Assembly (NCBI RefSeq): GCF_024502345.1
Contig: NZ_JALDNN010000001.1
DNA: 64,000 bases
Strand: one strand, 5' to 3'
Source of the DNA: Escherichia coli
GTDB lineage: Bacteria > Pseudomonadota > Gammaproteobacteria > Enterobacterales > Enterobacteriaceae
Below are positions 57,366-64,000 of the stretch, one piece after another. Position numbers and translations under genes: made by a program. Numbering within the stretch: position 1 is the stretch's first letter; each line of letters opens with the position of its first letter. The notes beneath the pieces were generated by a model, which made no database searches, was not told where the DNA came from, and saw nothing but the letters and a program-made list of their open reading frames with translations.

Positions 57366-58841
57366 ATGGCGGTAACGCAAACAGCCCAGGCCTGTGACCT
57401 GGTCATTTTCGGCGCGAAAGGCGACCTTGCGCGTCGTAAATTGCTGCCTTCCCTGTATCAACTGGAAAAAGCCGGTCAGCTCAACCCGGACACCCGGATT
57501 ATCGGCGTAGGGCGTGCTGACTGGGATAAAGCGGCATATACCAAAGTTGTCCGCGAGGCGCTCGAAACTTTCATGAAAGAAACCATTGATGAAGGTTTAT
57601 GGGACACCCTGAGTGCACGTCTGGATTTTTGTAATCTCGATGTCAATGACACTGCTGCATTCAGCCGTCTCGGCGCGATGCTGGATCAAAAAAATCGTAT
57701 CACCATTAACTACTTTGCCATGCCGCCCAGCACTTTTGGCGCAATTTGCAAAGGGCTTGGCGAGGCAAAACTGAATGCCAAACCGGCACGCGTAGTCATG
57801 GAGAAACCGCTGGGGACGTCGCTGGCGACCTCGCAGGAAATCAATGATCAGGTTGGCGAATACTTCGAGGAGTGCCAGGTTTACCGTATCGACCACTATC
57901 TTGGTAAAGAAACGGTGCTGAACCTGTTGGCGCTGCGTTTTGCTAACTCCCTGTTTGTGAATAACTGGGACAATCGCACCATTGATCATGTTGAGATTAC
58001 CGTGGCAGAAGAAGTGGGGATCGAAGGGCGCTGGGGCTATTTTGATAAAGCCGGTCAGATGCGCGACATGATCCAGAACCACCTGCTGCAAATTCTTTGC
58101 ATGATTGCGATGTCTCCGCCGTCTGACCTGAGCGCAGACAGCATCCGCGATGAAAAAGTGAAAGTACTGAAGTCTCTGCGCCGCATCGACCGCTCCAACG
58201 TACGCGAAAAAACCGTACGCGGGCAATATACTGCGGGCTTCGCCCAGGGCAAAAAAGTGCCGGGATATCTGGAAGAAGAGGGCGCGAACAAGAGCAGCAA
58301 TACAGAAACCTTCGTGGCGATCCGCGTCGATATTGATAACTGGCGCTGGGCCGGTGTGCCATTCTACCTGCGTACTGGTAAACGTCTGCCGACCAAATGT
58401 TCTGAAGTCGTGGTCTATTTCAAAACACCTGAACTGAATCTGTTTAAAGAGTCGTGGCAGGATCTGCCGCAGAATAAACTGACTATCCGTCTGCAACCTG
58501 ATGAAGGCGTGGATATCCAGGTACTGAATAAAGTTCCTGGCCTTGACCACAAACATAACCTGCAAATCACCAAGCTGGATCTGAGCTATTCAGAAACCTT
58601 TAATCAGACGCATCTGGCGGATGCCTATGAACGTTTGCTGCTGGAAACCATGCGTGGTATTCAGGCACTGTTTGTACGTCGCGACGAAGTGGAAGAAGCC
58701 TGGAAATGGGTAGACTCCATTACTGAGGCGTGGGCGATGGACAATGATGCGCCGAAACCGTATCAGGCCGGAACCTGGGGACCCGTTGCCTCGGTGGCGA
58801 TGATTACCCGTGATGGTCGTTCCTGGAATGAGTTTGAGTAA
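57366..58841 (+). CDS. zwf: Glucose-6-phosphate 1-dehydrogenase
   Basis: 491 aa. Confidence 0.97.
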   Translation: MAVTQTAQACDLVIFGAKGDLARRKLLPSLYQLEKAGQLNPDTRIIGVGRADWDKAAYTKVVREALETFMKETIDEGLWDTLSARLDFCNLDVNDTAAFSRLGAMLDQKNRITINYFAMPPSTFGAICKGLGEAKLNAKPARVVMEKPLGTSLATSQEINDQVGEYFEECQVYRIDHYLGKETVLNLLALRFANSLFVNNWDNRTIDHVEITVAEEVGIEGRWGYFDKAGQMRDMIQNHLLQILCMIAMSPPSDLSADSIRDEKVKVLKSLRRIDRSNVREKTVRGQYTAGFAQGKKVPGYLEEEGANKSSNTETFVAIRVDIDNWRWAGVPFYLRTGKRLPTKCSEVVVYFKTPELNLFKESWQDLPQNKLTIRLQPDEGVDIQVLNKVPGLDHKHNLQITKLDLSYSETFNQTHLADAYERLLLETMRGIQALFVRRDEVEEAWKWVDSITEAWAMDNDAPKPYQAGTWGPVASVAMITRDGRSWNEFE

Positions 58842-59075
58842 TATCTGCGCTTATCCTTTATGGTTATTTTACCGGTAACATGATCTTGCACAGATTGTAG
58901 AACAATTTTTACACTTTCAGGCCTCGTGCGGATTCACCCACGAGGCTTTTTTTATTACACTGACTGAAACGTTTTTGCCCTATGAGCTCCGGTTACAGGC
59001 GTTTCACTCATAAATCCTCTGAATGAAACGCGTTGTGAATCATCCTGCTCTGACAACTCAATTTCAGGAGCCTTT

Positions 59076-60887
59076 ATGAATCCACAATTGTTACGCGTAA
59101 CAAATCGAATCATTGAACGTTCGCGCGAGACTCGCTCTGCTTATCTCGCCCGGATAGAACAAGCGAAAACGTCGACCGTTCATCGTTCGCAGTTGGCATG
59201 CGGTAACCTGGCACACGGTTTCGCTGCCTGCCAGCCAGAAGACAAAGCCTCTTTGAAAAGCATGTTGCGTAACAATATCGCCATCATCACCTCCTATAAC
59301 GACATGCTCTCCGCTCACCAGCCTTATGAACACTATCCAGAAATCATTCGTAAAGCCCTGCATGAAGCGAATGCGGTTGGTCAGGTTGCGGGCGGTGTTC
59401 CGGCGATGTGTGATGGTGTCACCCAGGGGCAGGATGGAATGGAATTGTCGCTGCTAAGCCGCGAAGTGATAGCGATGTCTGCGGCGGTCGGGCTGTCCCA
59501 TAACATGTTTGATGGTGCTCTGTTCCTCGGGGTGTGCGACAAGATTGTCCCGGGTCTGACGATGGCAGCCCTGTCGTTTGGTCATTTGCCTGCGGTGTTT
59601 GTGCCGTCTGGACCGATGGCAAGCGGTTTGCCAAATAAAGAAAAAGTGCGTATTCGCCAGCTTTATGCCGAAGGTAAAGTGGACCGCATGGCCTTACTGG
59701 AGTCAGAAGCCGCGTCTTATCATGCACCGGGAACATGTACTTTCTACGGTACTGCCAACACCAACCAGATGGTGGTGGAGTTTATGGGGATGCAGTTGCC
59801 AGGCTCTTCTTTTGTTCATCCGGATTCTCCGCTGCGCGATGCTTTGACCGCTGCCGCTGCGCGTCAGGTTACACGCATGACCGGTAATGGTAATGAATGG
59901 ATGCCGATCGGTAAGATGATCGATGAGAAAGTGGTGGTGAACGGTATCGTTGCACTGCTGGCGACCGGTGGTTCCACTAACCACACCATGCACCTGGTGG
60001 CGATGGCGCGCGCGGCCGGTATTCAGATTAACTGGGATGACTTCTCTGACCTTTCTGATGTTGTACCGCTGATGGCACGTCTCTACCCGAACGGTCCGGC
60101 CGATATTAACCACTTCCAGGCGGCAGGTGGCGTACCGGTTCTGGTGCGTGAACTGCTCAAAGCTGGCCTGCTGCATGAAGATGTCAATACGGTGGCAGGC
60201 TTTGGTCTGTCTCGTTATACCCTTGAACCATGGCTGAATAATGGTGAACTGGACTGGCGGGAAGGGGCGGAAAAATCACTCGACAGCAATGTGATCGCTT
60301 CCTTCGAACAACCTTTCTCTCATCATGGTGGGACAAAAGTGTTAAGCGGTAACCTGGGCCGTGCGGTTATGAAAACCTCTGCCGTGCCGGTTGAGAACCA
60401 GGTGATTGAAGCGCCAGCGGTTGTTTTTGAAAGCCAGCATGACGTTATGCCGGCCTTTGAAGCGGGTTTGCTGGACCGCGATTGTGTCGTTGTTGTCCGT
60501 CATCAGGGGCCAAAAGCGAACGGAATGCCAGAATTACATAAACTCATGCCGCCACTTGGTGTATTATTGGACCGGTGTTTCAAAATTGCGTTAGTTACCG
60601 ATGGACGACTCTCCGGCGCTTCAGGTAAAGTGCCGTCAGCTATCCACGTAACACCAGAAGCCTACGATGGCGGGCTGCTGGCAAAAGTGCGCGACGGGGA
60701 CATCATTCGTGTGAATGGACAGACAGGCGAACTGACGCTGCTGGTAGACGAAGCGGAACTGGCTGCTCGCGAACCGCACATTCCTGACCTGAGCGCGTCA
60801 CGCGTGGGAACAGGACGTGAATTATTCAGCGCCTTGCGTGAAAAACTGTCCGGTGCCGAACAGGGCGCAACCTGTATCACTTTTTAA
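59076..60887 (+). CDS. edd: Phosphogluconate dehydratase
   Basis: 603 aa. Confidence 0.97.
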   Translation: MNPQLLRVTNRIIERSRETRSAYLARIEQAKTSTVHRSQLACGNLAHGFAACQPEDKASLKSMLRNNIAIITSYNDMLSAHQPYEHYPEIIRKALHEANAVGQVAGGVPAMCDGVTQGQDGMELSLLSREVIAMSAAVGLSHNMFDGALFLGVCDKIVPGLTMAALSFGHLPAVFVPSGPMASGLPNKEKVRIRQLYAEGKVDRMALLESEAASYHAPGTCTFYGTANTNQMVVEFMGMQLPGSSFVHPDSPLRDALTAAAARQVTRMTGNGNEWMPIGKMIDEKVVVNGIVALLATGGSTNHTMHLVAMARAAGIQINWDDFSDLSDVVPLMARLYPNGPADINHFQAAGGVPVLVRELLKAGLLHEDVNTVAGFGLSRYTLEPWLNNGELDWREGAEKSLDSNVIASFEQPFSHHGGTKVLSGNLGRAVMKTSAVPVENQVIEAPAVVFESQHDVMPAFEAGLLDRDCVVVVRHQGPKANGMPELHKLMPPLGVLLDRCFKIALVTDGRLSGASGKVPSAIHVTPEAYDGGLLAKVRDGDIIRVNGQTGELTLLVDEAELAAREPHIPDLSASRVGTGRELFSALREKLSGAEQGATCITF

Positions 60888-60923
60888 GACGACAAATTTG
60901 TAATCAGGCGAGAGAAAACTCTG

Positions 60924-61565
60924 ATGAAAAACTGGAAAACAAGTGCAGAATCAATCCTGACCACCGGCCCGGTTGTACCGGTTATCGTGGTAAAAAAACT
61001 GGAACACGCGGTGCCGATGGCAAAAGCGTTGGTTGCTGGTGGGGTGCGCGTTCTGGAAGTGACTCTGCGTACCGAGTGTGCAGTTGACGCTATCCGTGCT
61101 ATCGCCAAAGAAGTGCCTGAAGCGATTGTGGGTGCCGGTACGGTGCTGAATCCACAGCAGCTGGCAGAAGTCACTGAAGCGGGTGCACAGTTCGCAATTA
61201 GCCCGGGTCTGACCGAGCCGCTGCTGAAAGCTGCTACCGAAGGGACTATTCCTCTGATTCCGGGGATCAGCACTGTTTCCGAACTGATGCTGGGTATGGA
61301 CTACGGTTTGAAAGAGTTCAAATTCTTCCCGGCTGAAGCTAACGGCGGCGTGAAAGCCCTGCAGGCGATCGCGGGTCCGTTCTCCCAGGTCCGTTTCTGC
61401 CCGACGGGTGGTATTTCTCCGGCTAACTACCGTGACTACCTGGCGCTGAAAAGCGTGCTGTGCATCGGTGGTTCCTGGCTGGTTCCGGCAGATGCGCTGG
61501 AAGCGGGCGATTACGACCGCATTACTAAGCTGGCGCGTGAAGCTGTAGAAGGCGCTAAGCTGTAA
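60924..61565 (+). CDS. eda: KDPG/KHG aldolase
   Basis: 213 aa. Confidence 0.97.
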
Positions 61566-61573
61566 AAGTCAAA

Positions 61574-61600
61574 ATGCCCGATCGAGGATCGGGCATTTTT
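61574..61600. terminator. Bidirectional rho-independent terminator between convergent eda and purT
   Basis: atgcccgatc-gag-gatcgggcat hairpin flanked by A-run and T-run. Confidence 0.8.
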
Positions 61601-61620
61601 GTAGCGTTTTTTTGCCGGGT

Positions 61621-62799
61621 TTAACCCTGTACTTTTACCTGTCCGGCGGCGTGCTTCGCGCGTTCAATGGCGTCAACAACACTCTCTGCAGTAGCCAGTG
61701 CCACCCCCAGACGACGGCTGCCATCAATTTCCGGCTTACCAAATAAACGAATCTGCAAATCTGCGCCTACGGCATTCTGCACATTATCAAACGTGACATT
61801 CTGACTGGTCAGTTGTGGCAGAATAACGGCAGAAGCTGCAGGACCATACTGACGGATCCCGCCAACCGGAAGTCCGAGGAAGGCACGTACATGCAGGGCA
61901 AACTCTGAGAGATCTTGAGAAATTAACGTCACCATCCCGGTATCATGTGGACGAGGGGAGACCTCACTGAAAATCACCTCATCACCACAGACAAACAGCT
62001 CGACACCAAACAGACCATAACCGCCCAGTGCCAGCACCACTTTACGGGCAATCTCCTGCGCACGTTCAAGGGCAAGCGGGCTCATTTGCTGTGGTTGCCA
62101 GGATTCACGGTAGTCGCCATCTTCCTGGCGATGACCTACTGGTGCACAGAAATGGACGCCATCCACCGCGCTGACGGTTAGCAGGGTAATTTCGAAGTCA
62201 AACTTAACGACGCCTTCAACAATTACGCGGCCCGCTCCGGCGCGACCGCCTTGCTGAGCGTATTCCCATGCCTGAGCAAGTTGCTCTGCAGAGCGAATAA
62301 ACGTCTGCCCCTTGCCGGAAGAGCTCATCACCGGTTTTACAATGCAGGGATAGCCAATGGCGGCAACCGCCTCGCGGAAAAGGCTTTCGCTATCGGCAAA
62401 ACGATAAGTGGAAGTGGGCAGCTGCAGCTCTTCTGCCGCCAGGCGACGGATACCCTCGCGATTCATCGTTAATTTCGTTGCGCGAGCGCAGGGGACAACA
62501 TTCAGTCCTTCCTCTTCAAGTTGGATCAGCATATCGGTGGCAATAGCTTCGATCTCCGGCACGATATAATGTGGTTTTTCCAGTTCAACCACACGGCGTA
62601 ATGCATCACCATCAAGCATATTAATGACATGGGAGCGATGCGCGACATGCATGGCTGGTGCGTCGGCATAGCGATCGACGGCAATCACCTCTACGCCGAG
62701 ACGCTGACACTCGATTGCCACTTCTTTACCCAGTTCACCGGAGCCTAATAACATCACGCGAGTTGCTGCCGGACGCAGCGCAGTGCCTAATAACGTCAT
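61621..62799 (-). CDS. purT: Formate-dependent GAR transformylase PurT
   Basis: 392 aa. Confidence 0.96.
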   Translation of the reverse strand: MTLLGTALRPAATRVMLLGSGELGKEVAIECQRLGVEVIAVDRYADAPAMHVAHRSHVINMLDGDALRRVVELEKPHYIVPEIEAIATDMLIQLEEEGLNVVPCARATKLTMNREGIRRLAAEELQLPTSTYRFADSESLFREAVAAIGYPCIVKPVMSSSGKGQTFIRSAEQLAQAWEYAQQGGRAGAGRVIVEGVVKFDFEITLLTVSAVDGVHFCAPVGHRQEDGDYRESWQPQQMSPLALERAQEIARKVVLALGGYGLFGVELFVCGDEVIFSEVSPRPHDTGMVTLISQDLSEFALHVRAFLGLPVGGIRQYGPAASAVILPQLTSQNVTFDNVQNAVGADLQIRLFGKPEIDGSRRLGVALATAESVVDAIERAKHAAGQVKVQG

Positions 62800-62836
62800 A
62801 ACGAATATCCCCTGATTAATTCCGCGCGCAGTATAA

Positions 62837-62852
62837 ACGAAAACGTTTGCGT
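62837..62852. promoter_or_regulatory. PurR operator upstream of purT
   Basis: acgaaaacgtttgcgt, the palindromic PUR box. Confidence 0.8.
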
Positions 62853-62895
62853 GTGTCTTTATTGCTGGTGTTGATTTCTCAACCGAAAAGAAATA

Positions 62896-62915
62896 TACTG
62901 TATAAAATCACAGTT
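62896..62915. promoter_or_regulatory. LexA (SOS) box upstream of yebG
   Basis: taCTGTataaaatcACAGtt, a CTGT-N8-ACAG motif about 20 nt upstream of yebG. Confidence 0.85.
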
Positions 62916-62932
62916 ATTATGAGAGGCTGCAA

Positions 62933-63223
62933 ATGGCGGTTGAAGTTAAATACGTAGTCATTCGTGAGGGCGAAGAGAAAATGTCGTTTACCAGCAAAAA
63001 GGAAGCCGATGCTTATGACAAAATGCTTGATACGGCGGATCTGCTTGACACCTGGCTGACAAATTCTCCAGTGCAAATGGAAGACGAGCAACGTGAAGCC
63101 CTTTCGCTATGGCTGGCAGAACAAAAAGATGTGCTGAGCACCATTCTGAAAACCGGCAAATTACCGTCCCCACAGGTCGTCGGTGCTGAATCCGAAGAGG
63201 AAGATGCCTCACACGCGGCCTGA
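62933..63223 (+). CDS. yebG: DNA damage-inducible protein YebG
   Basis: 96 aa. Confidence 0.93.
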   Translation: MAVEVKYVVIREGEEKMSFTSKKEADAYDKMLDTADLLDTWLTNSPVQMEDEQREALSLWLAEQKDVLSTILKTGKLPSPQVVGAESEEEDASHAA

Positions 63224-63241
63224 AGCAACTTGCGCTCCTGA

Positions 63242-63646
<405 letters not shown>

Positions 63647-63970
63647 TGGCTTCTGATAATTCGATTGACCGTTGGCGGATGCGGCGCGAGTGCCTTGTCC
63701 GCCCACAACACACCACAATCGTAGGCCTGAGAAGACGCAACAGCGTAGCATCGGGCAATCAGCATCATACTGTGCCACTCAAAACGTCAAACTACTTTCA
63801 CCTAAAATACCCTTATCACCTGATATACAGTAAACACCTTACCTGGCGCGAATTTCTTTGAATAACGGCCAACCGCCCCGCTTATTTGCGCATCTTTTGT
63901 CTCGATATACATTTTCTGACATCCTCATCCACTATGCTACAGGCACTAAAATGGTTATTGAGGAGCAAAT

Positions 63971-64000
63971 ATGGCTAACCTGTTAAATCAACTGCAATCC
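63971..64000 (+). CDS. yebE: First codons of YebE-like inner membrane protein (3'-truncated by window end)
   Basis: aggag SD followed by ATG GCT AAC CTG TTA AAT CAA CTG CAA TCC (MANLLNQLQS); position matches yebE in K-12. Confidence 0.45.
   Translation, partial: MANLLNQLQS

Noticed and set aside
57597-58565. 322-aa track ORF on the minus strand
   Set aside because: Antisense within zwf.

Overview
This window is Enterobacterial chromosome that matches, gene for gene, the Escherichia coli K-12 region from yecA to yebE, in reverse orientation relative to the standard map. The one non-core segment is the first ~2.6 kb. Identifications rest on reading the six-frame translations against protein sequences recalled from memory; no database search was run. 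The core gene order is: yecA, tyrP, yecH, ftnA, yecR, azuC, yecJ, ftnB, araFGH, otsBA, uspC, flhDC, motAB-cheAW, tar-tap-cheRBYZ, flhBAE, yecT, argS, yecM, cutC, torYZ, cmoBA, yecN, yecE, yecD, aspS, nudB, yebC, ruvC, yebB, ruvAB, znuBC/znuA, mepM, lpxM, pykA, hexR, zwf, edd-eda, purT, yebG, yebF and the first codons of yebE. Several track ORFs carry spurious N-terminal extensions, and starts were moved to internal ATG/GTG codons that reproduce the known protein lengths. The first ~2.6 kb is visibly AT-rich, is not part of the K-12 core, and ends at a 56-nt copy of the 3' half of tRNA-Leu (leuZ) with no 5' half, which is the signature of the attR end of an island integrated into leuZ. This segment carries two adjacent genes: a 5'-truncated ORF with a PD-(D/E)XK-type nuclease motif, and a 393-aa protein with an N-terminal CxxC...CxxC zinc ribbon and a C-terminal Mrr-like restriction-endonuclease core. 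This pair is the best candidate for an uncharacterised defence-type system in the window; the rest of the island lies upstream of the window. The remainder is ordinary, well-studied core genome, in which I mark regulatory sites readable from the sequence (CRP, sigma-28, LexA, PurR, Zur and TyrR sites, terminators, REP clusters).
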